From Octopus bimaculoides (lineage: Eukaryota): a stretch of DNA of 64,000 bases. Within the stretch, counting starts at the first letter, position 1; each line of letters begins with the position of its first letter. Shown here piece by piece: positions 48,226 through 61,600 of this stretch. A program made the position numbers and the translations under genes. The DNA lies in assembly GCF_001194135.2 (NCBI RefSeq), contig NC_068989.1:70337769-70401768 (forward strand), given 5' to 3'. The notes beneath the pieces are model-generated. The model ran no database searches. It saw only the letters and a list, made by a program, of their open reading frames with translations, and was not told the DNA's origin.

Positions 48226-51200
48226 ACTGTAGGTATGTGTTTGTGTCAAGGTTTGATTCCTTCATTTACATGGGAAAATGCACCTGTACATTCTGTGGTA
48301 TTTGGTAATGAGCATCCACCATAGAAACAATGCCAAAAATGCAATGTATAAGCAAAAACAAAGTCTATAAGCCACACCAGAAGCTATCCATTAAGGAGAG
48401 CAGTAACACCAAAGAAGAATTGACAAAAAGCAGAGGGAGCTCTTTAGTGCTGGAAGCACAATAAAATGCACAGAGTACATTCAATAAAATGTTTAGTGAC
48501 AGAAAGCCACCAAAACAAGGCCAAAAATTGAATGTACAAGCAATCTCTGGATGATATGACACAATAGCTCTAAATAATAATTGATGCAGATTTTGATAAT
48601 CTGTTCAACACATGGTAGTATAGAAAAAAAAACTGATGTAAAAATTATGAGGAGTTAGATATCTAACTCATCATAATAGTAAAACAGGGTTTACAGATTG
48701 GGACTAGAACTGTAGTAAAGTAATTTAATGAAAGACAAAAACAATCTCTGAATGTGGTAGGTATTGGGGGTTTATAGAGTACCAGTAGTGTCTTATTTCT
48801 TAATGTATTTCAAGTAGCTAAAGACAGTCTACATGTTAAGTAAAACAACAGTATTTGTTGTTTTGTAATCTATTAATACATGGTAAATTAATCAGAATCT
48901 GGTAATTTTAGATAATCATTAAAGAATCCATCATTTTGGCAATAAGCTATTAATGAAGTCAGATGAAATACCTTTCTTGACAGTTGTGAGACAGTTGTAT
49001 TGTCAAATGAATACAAGTAGATGTCCTTAAAAATGAATTCTGAGTCAAAGTTTTGAAGAAGCATGTAACTTAAGCTTGAAAAGTAAGCAGCTCTATGGAA
49101 ACAATTGATTTCAGAAACAACAGAACAATTTTTTTGAGGGTGGTGATGGTTATAAACAGATGGTATTGTTGTGAATGATTTGAGTTCAATAGAATTAAAG
49201 GCAGAGTGTAAGTGGACATCAAGGTATTAGCCTTGGCAGAAAGAAATACGGCTGATGGTTGATTTTAGCTGCTGGCAAAAGACTGCAGTTTGCATTATTC
49301 GGTATCAGTTCTTGTCTTTGAAAACTCTATTTCTCGCTTTCATGTTGCTTTTTCTACAATGATACTGTATCGCTTCTAGGTAAGTCGTTCACTATGTTTA
49401 AAATCTCAATGCACAACAACCTCTTGTCCACAGATATGCTGTCTCTTCTCAAGCTATTCTATGGCTACTACTGCGACCTCTCCTCCCCAGATTAGGTTGA
49501 ATGCCTTTAAGTTATCTTTACTCAAGCATCTCCAATTCACTTGTCATCCACAGCTATAATTCCCTCCCTGCAAATTTATCTTGTAACTGTATTTTGTTAC
49601 CCCCAAGTTTTCACGAGGTCGTTGCCAGTGCCGCTGGACTGGATTCTGTGCAGGTGGCACGTAAAATACACCATTTAGAGCGTGGCCGTTGCAAGTACCA
49701 CCTGACTGGCCTTCGTGCCAGTGGCACATAAAAGCACCCACTACACTCTCGGAGTGGTTGGTGTTAGGAAGGGCATCTAGCTGCAGAAACTCTGCCAAAT
49801 CAGATTGGAGCCTGGTGTAGGTCCAACCCATGCTAGCATGGAAGGTGGACATTAAACGATGAACGAACGATCATCAACTTGCAACTGTTCAGAGAGAATC
49901 ATCAGCTCTGTAGATACAGTCTCTCTATAAATATATATTTAAAAAATTGCTAATTGGAAGTAAGCATTCTGTAACTCAAACAGACTGATTGTTAAAAATA
50001 TTAAGTATAATGTATATGAGCTTTACAGAACAATGGAAAAGATAGTGAACAAATTCCTTTCGTATCATTTTAAATTACTGCTTGAACATGTTTCATGTCT
50101 TTCATCTTCTATCCTACCAAATAAGTAGTTTCGATGTAGAGTTAAATCACACATAATTATATTTACCCTTTAGTGTTTAAATCAGCTATATCTGGTTCAA
50201 ATATTCTACCTTTTTTATGTTCAAACTGGCCAGATCTTGCTTCTTACACCTACCATGCAATATCATTCTAAAAATAAATAATTCCACCATCGAAATCTTG
50301 AAGTTACAAGATAATACACAATTAATTCAAAGCAATGTGAATAAATAAACATTACATTTGACTGAGTAATCTGAATGCTAAAGGGTTTATGGCATTGAAA
50401 TCAAAAAGAAACTATTTGTATATTTCTTTAAATGAAGTTGAGATTTCCTTTCAGAAACTGAGAACTCAAAGTAGTGACAGAACAGGTACCTTTTATTCTC
50501 ATTTTCTGAATGCTAATGCAAGTATATGCTTGCAAATGGTATGCCATACATGCAGATGGATCTAAATTCATAAACTGCATATAATTTTTGCCATTGCAGA
50601 CCACTACTGGATTTCTCAGAATGTTTTCTTCTCTTGATTGTATACAAACACAAGAGGAAAGATGATGACACGCTTGCTGATAGTCACACTCAATAAGAAT
50701 ACAACCATCAAATACCAGTGGTAGAGAATTTTAAGTTAGGTAGATCAAAGCACATAATATTAGAAACTGTGACACTCTTTTCTTCACTGATTATCAGTAC
50801 AGCCCAGATCTACAGGAAACGTTCGTGTCATTAGTGGCCCGCTTCCTTGAGAACTTTGACAGAAGCCATATTGTGGCTTGTTTCTTGTGTCTCTTATTTA
50901 CTGGATTGGTAGCTTCCTGTCAGCCTGCACCATTTGCAATATGAACCAATTCCTTCTGATTCATATTCCATCGACTCTGGTCTATCTCAAGGTTCAATAA
51001 TATTCTGATTTAACAAAGGTGGTGAGCTGGCAGAAACATTAGCACGCCGAGTTAAATGCTTAGCAGCATTTCATCTGTCTTTATGTTCTGAGTTCAAATT
51101 CAAGTCGACTTTGCCTTTCATTCTTTCAGGGTCGATAAATTAAATACCAGTTGCACACAGGGGTCGATCTAATTGACTGCCCCCAAAATTTCAGGCCTTG

Positions 51201-52149
51201 TGCCTAGAGTAGAAAAGAAAAGAAAATTCTGATTTAACAACCTACATTTCACTTCTGAAACCCATACCAAATCTGAGTGTGTATGTGTGTGAGAGAGAGA
51301 GACTTGGAAGGAATCCTTCAATGGAGGGCTGTAATAACTTTTGTCTCTTTTAACAGAACAAAGACTATGAAAGTCTAGTGTAATCATAATACACAACTAA
51401 GACCCTCAATCTTTCAAGCTATCAATCCCTAATCCCCCACCCCACCAAATTAGCCATCTACATACCCTCTCTACTCCAGCCCGCTCATCTTCCCAGACTC
51501 AGCATGAAACACTTTTTCCAATCCTTTCTACAGAATTTAAAACCCTCTAAACTCTTTCTTACAGATGTTGAAGCCAAATGTGTTACCACATCATTTCTGA
51601 AAGGCTGGGAGTACTGGCTCTTAGTTTTGCACTTAAATTCAAAAATAGAACAGCTTAGAGAAGAAAATGGTTAGTGTGGCTCTCCACTTTCTTAGCTAAC
51701 TGTGATGTCTTTCCTATACAAAAATAAATCATTATATATTATGATCAAATATCTACATAATGATGGTGTTTCATAAAAATAAAAAAATGAATGTAAATAC
51801 TTAACAGCACTAAAAATGTTAGAAGTTCTAAATCTTTGTTTTATGAAACAACTCAATTAAGAACCTTCAGAGAGATAGAGAAATTTGGTGTAAATTCACA
51901 AGGATGTCGCTAATGTAGTGTAAACAGCAGCAGTTGATGAATGTTACAATAGTTATGCAACAGTATGGAGACCATTCATATATTTAGTCAGTACATCTAG
52001 TACCAGTTGTCACTTGGCAAATAAGAAATAATTTGGAAGCAGAACACAGATTATGTAATGAGAGACCTCTGGTTGTCTACCACATCAGTAATATTAATGG
52101 GGTTAAATGTTAAAAGTTGTTTAATGGAAGGATTCTTGAGTAAATTAAT

Positions 52150-54985
52150 GCACAAAGCAACCGAGCAGGCATGTTGATGTATATTGCATCCAAGAGATAA
52201 AGTGGAGAGGAGCTTCAGCCAGGTTCCTCACAAGCAAGACACACAGGTATAAAATTTTCTGGAAAGATAACAGTGATGGAGCATGTAGTGTGGGCATACT
52301 TCTTGCAGAAAAATGGGTGGGTAAGGTCATAGAAGTAGTCAGAGTGTGCGATAAGAGTACTTCAGCTCAGGCTAGTCTTGCAGAATAGTACAGCTAGAAT
52401 TATATCTGCCTACGCCCTCACAAGTGGGCCTACCAAATGAACAAAAGGACCACTTTTATGATATTCTTCTGCAGGCTACCTCAAAGACGAGTAACAATGA
52501 TCTCATCTTCCTGGCTGGGGATTTCAATGGGCATGTTGGATGGCAGCTCGGTATCTTCCATGGTGTACATGGGGGCCATGGAATTGGTTCCCAAAACGAA
52601 GAGGGAACAAGGCTACTGGAGTTCTGTGAAGAAGCAGACCAATCTGGAAAAGGATTTGGAAACTTAAGGACCCTTCATATGGTCAGAGATTTAGGGACAT
52701 CCTAATTGAGAAATTTGATAAGAGGAGGAGCTACAAACTTGTGACATAGAGGACAACTGGAAATTCCTGTGAGATAACTTGCTGAGTACCACAGATCAAA
52801 TATGTGGCAGGTGCAAAGTCTCTTCCAGACCTAGGGTGATGTGGTGGCGGAATAATACTGTAGACTGGGCCATTAGAGTAAAGAAACAGGCCTGGAAGAG
52901 TGAGGGGAGAAGGGAACAGTATCAGATAGCCAGAAGGGAAGCTAGGAGACAGGCACATCTAGCCAAGGGAGAAGCAGGAAAAAAATTTGCCTTTGTTCAG
53001 TGTTATGAGGACTAAAGAACTGAAGTATTTTGGATTGCAAGACAGTCTGTGAGAGAAAATTGTGACGTCATAGGAGAGAAATGTGTCTGCAAAGAAAGAG
53101 GCTTGGAAATGCTGAATGCGGAGAATGAATGGCATGAGGAAAGTCTGCCAAATGCTGCCCCAATTGAGGGACCAGCTACCCAAATTGACAGTACCTTGGT
53201 AGATAAAGCAATTAAAGATATGAAGACAGGGAAAGCCCCCCGGCCTATCAGGACTCATTGCTGAGATGCTTGAAATATCTGGTAGTGTGGGATATGGTCT
53301 AGTCATCCATATTGTAAATCAGGTGACTGGTGTGGCAGTACCATAGTCAACTACTACAAAGGTATCAAATTGTTGGATAAGGTAATGAAAGTTATGGAGA
53401 GAATCAGTCTAGATGAGATGCAGTTTGGTTTTGTGCCAGAGAGAAGCACCACAGATGCTATATTTCAGGTAAGGTAACTGCAGGAGAAATACCTAGCCAA
53501 AGATAAACCTCTGTACTTTGCTTTTGTTGACTCAGTGAAAGCTTTTGACAGAGTCCCCCAATCCCTTATCTGGTGGTCAACATGGAAACTAGGGATAGAT
53601 GAGTGGTTGGTGAGAGCTGTACAAGCCATGTGCAGGAACACTACCAGGAAGGTGAGGTGGACAACAAGTACAGCAAATAATTCAAGGTACAAGTAGAGGT
53701 TCACCATGGATTGGTGCTCAGCCTCTGCTTGTTTGTTCATCATAGTCCTTCAGGCAATAACAGAGGAATTCGAGATAGGCTGCTCCTCTATGCTGATGAC
53801 CTTGCTCTTATAGCTGAATTGCTATCTGAACTAGAGAAAAAGTTTCAGGTATGAAAACAAGGTCTAGAATCAAAGGGCCTTAGAGTTAACCTAGAATAGG
53901 TGTAGTAGAAACTCCATAAGGTGCACCCAATGTAAGCTTTGGACACATAAGTGCAGCAAGATCAGAAGAAGGTGCACAGGTACAATAAACACTGAAAATG
54001 TGCAGAACATAGACTCCATCAACTACCAGGGGAACAAGCTAGAGGTAATAGATAGCTTCCATTATCTAGGTGATCAAGTTAGTAGTGGAGATGGATGCTC
54101 TGAGAGTGTAGCTGTGAGAATAAGATTAGGCTGGGCAAAGTTCAGAGAGCTCCTACCCCTGCTGGCAATAATGGGCCTCTCTCTCAGAGTAAAAGATAGA
54201 TTGTTTGATGCCTGTGTGTGAACAACCATGCTGTATGGCAGTGAAACATGGGCTATGACAGCTGAGGACATGTGTAGGCTTGAAATCAGATATCGTGTGC
54301 AAGAGAGACGACTGCACTGGTATGGTTATATGATGCATATGTAAAGAAGTGCCAATCTCTGACTGTGGAGGGAACATGTGGTAGAGGTAGATCCAGGGAG
54401 ATATGGGACGTGGTGGTGAAGCATGATCTTCAAACTTTGAGCCTCACAGAGGCAATGACTGGTGACCAAGACTTTTGGCGATGTGTTGTGCTTGAGAGGA
54501 CCCATCAAGCTAAGTGCACTCGTGCTGGTGGTATGTAAAGAACATCTTTTGAATGTTGGGCCTGACGGAGGCCAGGTAGCTGAGTTCCTTTCGAGTGTTG
54601 GGCCTGACAGAAACAAGGTGGCTGAGTTCCTTTCGAGCATCGGGCCTGACGGAGGCAAAATGGCAAAGTTCCTATTAAGCATTGGGCCTGACAGAGGCAA
54701 TAATCAAGACCCTTGGCATTATGTCATGCTTGAGAAGAAGAACCATCAAGCTGAGAAAAATCACAGTCATGGCAGATACCGGTGTCACGCAAATGGCACT
54801 CGTGCCAGTGGTACGTAATAGCACCCATTACACTCTCGGAGTTGTTGGTGTTAGCATGGGAATCCAGCTGTAAAAAAGTATGCCAAATCAGACTGGAGTC
54901 TGGTGCAACCTTCCAGCATGCCAGTCCAGTCAAACTGTCCAACCCATGCTAGCATGGACAACAGATGTTAAATGATGATGATGAT
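52150..54985 (+). mobile_element. Decayed, internally deleted RTE-clade LINE (endonuclease + RT + 3' UTR + (GAT)n tail)
   Basis: LAGDFNGHVG, AFVDSVKAFDRVP, LYADDLALIAE (~53787), [36 protein letters not shown]; ends gttaaatgatgatgatg. Confidence 0.88.
54556..54701 (+). repeat. 42-bp minisatellite, ~3.5 units, within RTE 3' UTR
   Basis: Units start at 54556, 54598, 54640, 54682: t(t/c)gggcctgac(g/a)ga..c.a.gt.gctgagttcctttcgag. Confidence 0.9.
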
Positions 54986-55181
54986 TGCTAACAACATTAG
55001 AATTAAACATAAAAGACTAAAAATTTTTAATCAATTCCCAACAGAATTTTACAGTAAATTTATATTCATTAGTGTAGCAATTTGTTCTTTCTTTCATATC
55101 TACAGATCAACTCTGATATTGTATGCCTAAATCTTAAGTGCTTAATTCAACCTCTACTTCATCATGCATCAACATAATGCA

Positions 55182-56351
55182 TAGCCATTTTGCTAACTGT
55201 ACCATGATATCAAATATTTGATTTTGTTTCTAAGATTTCAGTGAAATATCATTTTATGCTGACTAATATTTTTGTCAGCATTCCATCACTGAGGATGTTT
55301 CCAACATTACTGAAACACTGGTGCCATTATACTAATTTATAATCTTTTTGTTATAAAGTAACTTTCCTTTTTGCCTGTTAGTAATAACAAAAATATTTTT
55401 AAATTACTACAATCCCACCCCCAACAATAACACACAATCAACAACTTTATAGCTGTGAGTTAAACTACAAATAACTCATGTATGATTATGTTTGGACAAT
55501 AAATTTGAGTGGAATACGCAATTTCCATTAAATCATCATCGTTTAACGTCCGCTTTCCCTGCTAGTATGGGTTGGACGATTTGACTAAGGACTGGTGAAC
55601 CAGATGGCTACACCAGGCTCCAATCTGATTTGGCAGAGTTTCTACAGCTGGATGCCCTTCCTAACGCCAACCACTCAGAGAGTGTAGTGGGTGCTTTTAT
55701 GTGCCACCGGCACGAAGGCCAATGTAGCAATGTAGAAATGACTTCCTCCTCCCACATCATGCTCTCATTTACACAATACTGTTCAGATCAAAGCTGAAGT
55801 TCCTTAGAATCCTTGGAGTATTAAGAATCGATTTCCTCTTACACATATGCTCACAAATTAGCTCCAAAAGGTCAAATAAGAGCACTTGAACTATAATCAT
55901 ATATGTTGGTCTAATTCTGAATGCAATATAGGCTGGATATTCAAATTTAGGAGTATCAGCTTGCATTTCTTATGGTATTTGCCTCTACTCACTATATTCT
56001 GCTGGGGTCAAGTTTCCATGTTGACAAATTAAGTACCAATTCAAGGTTGGCAGTATGTTTCAGCTCTTTTGTGTTTTGAGTTCAAATCCCACTTATGGTC
56101 ATGTCATTGATTTTCATGCACTGAGGGGTCAGTCAACTACTACAGACTGTGGCATAGACACAGAGCCTTTGAATATCAAGCACCATAGGGATTGAATGCA
56201 TTACCAAATGGCACCAGTGTTTCAGTGATGTTGGAAACATCCTCAATGAGGAAACGCTGACAAAAATAGCATTAGCATAAAATTATATTTCACTGAAATC
56301 TTAGAAACAAGAAGAAATATTGATATCATGGTACAGTTAGCAAAATGGCTA
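55182..56351. repeat. Pair of ~147-bp inverted repeats enclosing ~880 bp
   Basis: 55182-55328 vs reverse complement of 56207-56351, about 90% identical by eye. Confidence 0.92.
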
Positions 56352-58456
56352 CACAATGTTTTGCAATAGGAAAGTTATATCTATCAGAGATTTAAACATT
56401 ACACCATCATGTAACCAGTGGGGCACTAGAGGATAATGAAATTAATTTGTGATGTGGCCTTTGCCAATAACAGAAACTAGAGGAAAATGAAGTTCAGACT
56501 CAGTTTAGAAAAGATTGAAGTGATGCAGATTAATGCCACAGCATAACCTCCTACCTTCATTGGACAACAGATTGTGAAAGATGTAGACAATTCTTATCTA
56601 GGGAATGTGATTGGTAGTGATAGAAATATAAAGTGGTGTGAATAGTAGAAATGGTAAAACAGAACATGCACCTCATAGCAACAAGCAACACTGTAATGAA
56701 GTTGCAGTGGCTATAGAGTATGAAATATTCCACCAACAATGTCTACGGAAAAGCTCCTAAGTCACTTGGTGAAATAATATCAGAAATGAGGAAATCCTTC
56801 TTCAAAATACCAATGCATTGTGTTAGTTTCACCTGGCAGGTCATATTTTGCACTTGTCATTCACTTAACAGGCAAAGAATGCACTGAAGTGACTACTGAA
56901 GCAAAAAAAAGGCTAGCCCAAGAACACTTGGGGCTGGGCATTCAAGGACCTGTGAGATAGGAACAGAGAACACTAACGAATTGACCAAACCGGTGGAAGC
57001 ATGATGCCTTGTGCCTGTCACACTGCAAGAGGACCTTAGTCTAGGTTATAAACATCACAAAGTATTTTGATATAGATGATAAAGAAAAATTCCTTTTAAG
57101 AAGACTTAGCTTAAAGTAAGAAATCAAATCATTTGTATAGTCAATAATGAACATGTGCACAGGATTGTACCTAAGGCATAATGCTGTATTAATACATGAA
57201 CTTAATGTTTGGTTAGTAGCATGTCTTAGATGCAGTTACTACACAAATAAACATCACAAAGTCAAAGACCAAGAACCTAAGAGCCAGTGTGTAATCTAAC
57301 TTTATAAGATCTAATACTGTATGGTTGAGTAGTTTGTTCTATGACTGCATAAGTTTCAGGTTCAATCCCACAGTGCAGTACCTTGGGTAAGGGTCTTCAA
57401 CTAGAATTCTGGGCTGACCAATGTCTGGTGAGTAGAACAAGTAGGTGGAAACTGTACATTAGCTCATTGCATGGCTGTGTCCCAGTGTTAATGTTCACAT
57501 TCTGTGATTATTTTAGTTGTCTTATCTATATTCACCATGTTCTTGTATGGATTTCTAAACGGCTAATTTGTAATTATTTAAATTCAAACAATGTGCAGAA
57601 TTTTACAGCTTAAAGCTTTCAGTAAAATGGAAGTGGTACCTATTTTCCTATCCTATAGCTTAAAGCACGGCATTATTACACCAAAATTTTACATGAACTT
57701 GGAGATGAAATCCAGTCAATCACCACGCCTTTTCAAAAGGAAGATACCTCTATGCAGTAGCTCAACATGCAAGAAATAATAGCCAAATCTTCCTTAAATT
57801 AAACTGTAGTCTTTTTAAAAAAGATGCATTAGATAAAGCAGTCTCAGATACCATCTCCACTTGATCAAGGTTAATCTGAAACTAAACAACTATTTAATGA
57901 GAGTTTACATTGTTGCACAGTCTACTAGAAATAGGAACCAAATCTTCAAATTATGGCAAACTGTTTCAACAACAAATGTAGAACACATTGGATAATAAAG
58001 TCTTAAATACACAGTTTGAAATAAAAGATGGAATGTCCATGTTAATTACAAACCTGTGGTTGAATAACAATAGCAGAATGGACATTGACTGAAAGCAATG
58101 GATGCAAACAACAACTCAAAAATCAAAATAAGCCATTGATTTTAGACAAGAAAATTTTAAATTTAGAAAACTATAGGTGCAAGCAGGGCTGTGTGGTAAG
58201 AAGCTTGCTTCCCAACCTTATGGTTCGAGGTTCAGTCCCACTGTGACACCTTGGGCAAGTGTACTATAGCTTTGGGCTGACCAAAGCCTTGAGTGGATTT
58301 GGTAGATGGAAACTGAAAGAAGCCCATTGTATATATATATATTTGTCTCTTAGTGTCTGTTTGTCCCTCACCACTGCTTGACAACCAATGTTGGTATGTT
58401 TATGTTCCCATAACTTAATAGTTCAGCAAAAGAGACTGATAGAATAAATACTAGGC

Positions 58457-58670
58457 GAGCTGGCACAATTGTTAGCGTGCCATGCGAAATGCTTAGTGGT
58501 ATTTCGTCTGCCGTTATATTCTGAGTTCAAATTCCGCCGAGGTCAACTTTGCCATTCATCCTTTCGGGGTCGATAAATTAAGTACCAGTTACGCACTGGG
58601 TCGAGGTAATCGACTTAATACCTTTGTCTGTCCCCTCTATGTTCAGCCTCTTGTGGGCAATAAAGAAATA
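58457..58670 (+). mobile_element. tRNA-derived SINE family B nested in a family A SINE. Other B copies at about 650-800(-), 2445-2677(-), 11880-12010(+), 24465-24652(-), 51018-51225(+)
   Basis: gagctggca...gagttcaaattcc B box, body ctttcggggtcgataaattaagtaccag; 16-bp TSD agaataaatactaggc at 58441-58456 and 58671-58686. Confidence 0.9.
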
Positions 58671-61600
58671 AGAATAAATACTAGGCTTACAAGGAATATG
58701 TCCTGGGGTCGATGTCGTTGACTAAAACCCTTTACGGCGGTGCTCCAACATGGCCACAGTCAAATGACTGAAACATGTAAAAGAATCTCATTCACTAAGA
58801 AAATTTCAATGACTTTGTCAATTGCATTAGTGATATAACTACTTATCTACCTCCAAAGCACGGAACCACATGGAACCAAAAACAAATAAGTCTAGACAAT
58901 CAATGATTAATTGGCAGGTCATACAAAACACTTTGCTAGCTCCTTATACTATAGAACAGTGTAGAAGTTACCACTTCGTGCAGCAACATTGAAAATTCAC
59001 TTAGCCCATCAACATTTCAACTGACCATATCAGGCCTCTCACACCTACCTTTATTCATTCTAAAAATCACATCAAAATAATGTGAATAAATAAGCATTAC
59101 ATTTGAGAGTAATCTGAATGCTGTAAGGTTAATTTGTAGAATTAAGCTTACATTCTATGGGAAAAGCTGATTGATATTTTATCTACAGCAAGCTACAGAA
59201 ATTGGCATTCAGCACCAACCTATTTGCAAATGAAGGACAAGCATCATAAAACTATTAGCAGTTTTTTTGTACATCTAATATTTAAGTGAAATAAATTCTT
59301 GTATAAAACAAAGTCCAGAAACTAAGTCACATTATACAAGTTGACTGTTCTGTTAACCAAATTAATTCAAGCCTGCTTAATATCAATGTTTCAATTCTTG
59401 CAGTCAATCAGTTTAATTCTAGATATTTTATCAACCACATAGAGACAAAAGCTTAAGTCAACCCTGATAGGCTTCAAGTACTGCTGCTAATGTGGGCTGC
59501 CAATGAGACTGAAGCTAAATCAGTAGAACAATCTGTTACTCAGATTTCTGTGGTTTATTATTGCATACAAGATTTTCTTTGGCTAAGATAACAGGTAAAT
59601 GTAAAAGTTACAATGACTCTATGGTTACTTATCCTTTCATAAGGATGATGTTTAGCATTGATTTCTATGCCATTTAGTAGACATAAACTACCAGTCAGTT
59701 TTAAGCAATCCCCTCAGACCCCAGCTGTAAATTTAGTTTTACAAATTAATTAATTAATTAATGCATCAGTTCAGTGTTATTGCACCATCCTGTAGTGCTG
59801 GAAACGAGCTGGTGAAAATTTAATTTCTTGCATGAACTGCTCAATTTGTCACCGACTGCCTAAGCATTTGTTCATTTATATCTTCTAGAGTTATTCCTAC
59901 AAAACTCATCATAGAATTTTTTCAGAACTTTGCTGTTATTCACTTAAAAAAAAGCTTGAGAAAGGTTATACTCTTTTGCAAAGTAACTACAGAAACAAAA
60001 TTTTTAGAATGAGTTTTGGTTTAAAAATAAAAATCTCAGTTTGTCACTAATGAAATGTAGCTTGCTTTTATTCGCTGCTAAAAGATGTACCCTCATTTGG
60101 TGCTAATTGTATATGTACTTGGCAAACTTTTGCTGATATTAAAGTGCTTCGTTAGGTTCTCTGTAAATGCAAACATGATATTACATGAGGAGTGATGGGC
60201 ATATAGTCTTTAGTTATAGAGGATCTTCCACAAAAACGCAGGTACTGATACACGAGAGTTGCTGTATGCATATAAACTGTTTGCACAAGAGGATTTTGAA
60301 ACATATCAAACACTAATCCAGTGTAGCAAATACGAGACTTAATAACAGTAGTTGATCAAATGGTTAAATGATATGGATAGAATTCGTAGTAAATCTATAG
60401 TTGTCTACAAACACAAAGAATACTGTCATGGAAGCTAAATGAGGGACCTAATCCCACATCCAAAGTTAGTAATGTTGTGTAGTCTTGTGGAATTTCCTGA
60501 CATCATCACTCAACATTTGTATTCCATGTTGGCATGGGATCAATGGTTTGACAGAATCTGAAGGGCCTGAGGACTGTACCATGTTCCAGTGTTTGTTTGG
60601 CATAGTATCTGACTGTATTCCCTTCCTAATGTCGACTACTTTACAATGAGTACAGGGTGCTCTTTTTAGCACTAGTGAAGTTACCATGCATCTTGAAAGA
60701 ATATGACCCCCAAGTAGAATGGGAGAACTTTATGCTCGGAGGAAAAGGAGCTTAGTCAGAATAAGTGATTCAAAGCACAAGGAGGATACATATACAATGT
60801 TTACAATAGTATGGTGTTCTTTTGGTAGTGAGCTAGGTCTTTAAATATCTAAGACTTAAATTGCTTTCTCTGTCACAAAAAACACAAATTAAGAAGACGC
60901 TTTTGAAGAGTTCACTAATTGATTGTCAGGAATGTTCAAACATCATCTTCTCATTGCTTGGTACAAAGTCAGTCTTTACTGAGCAAACCTACAAATAGAC
61001 ATTTCAGATGCAACCATCCAATTCTTTTCTGATAGACGATTCTAGGGTTACATCATATAACAAGACCTCTGTCTCTTCTAAGATGGCAAGGTGTGATTTG
61101 AGGGAAATTTGGTTGCTATTTGTTGTAGACCAAGCACACATAAAGGGCTCCTCAGTTGATTGTTGTTTAGATGCAGGTCAACCCTGTTTGAGAAAACTTA
61201 TGATCAAAGGGATCCCAGATGTGGCTAGCCAGTCTTTTTAAGGATTTATATGACTTCTTTTCTTGATGCGTTTTCTTTATTTAAAGTAGTAAAGTGTGAT
61301 GAAGGAGTGTTAGCTGCTATTTCTAGCAGGTAAAGCAACTACGTAGAAGCTTCCATGCACGGTAATGAAGATTAGGCAGTCTAAAAATTCAATCTCCAGG
61401 TAGTGAATGACATGAAGCATGTTAATATTTAAATTTAAACATGCTCAAAAGAGAAAAAAATCATTGAGATCTTGATGACATCAGACTTCTTATACAACTT
61501 TCTGGCATCAACTCCTAATGGAGTTTTCAGCATGCCATTGACAACATATGGTATGTTTCTGGCATTTCAAACATGGTGGAACCCATCTCTCTCCGGGTTT

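Noticed and set aside
54556-54701. CRISPR-like appearance of the 42-bp repeats
   Set aside because: Contiguous tandem units with no unique spacers, inside a eukaryotic LINE 3' UTR, with no cas genes.
55769-55966. 65-aa minus-strand ORF inside the 147-bp inverted repeats as a captured or circularised exon
   Set aside because: No polypyrimidine tract, weak donor and no recognisable homology.
56480-61300. Possible very old LINE remnants (~56480-57020, ~60800-61300; also ~50810-51000)
   Set aside because: Only faint RT-tail-like words; orientation and class could not be fixed by eye.
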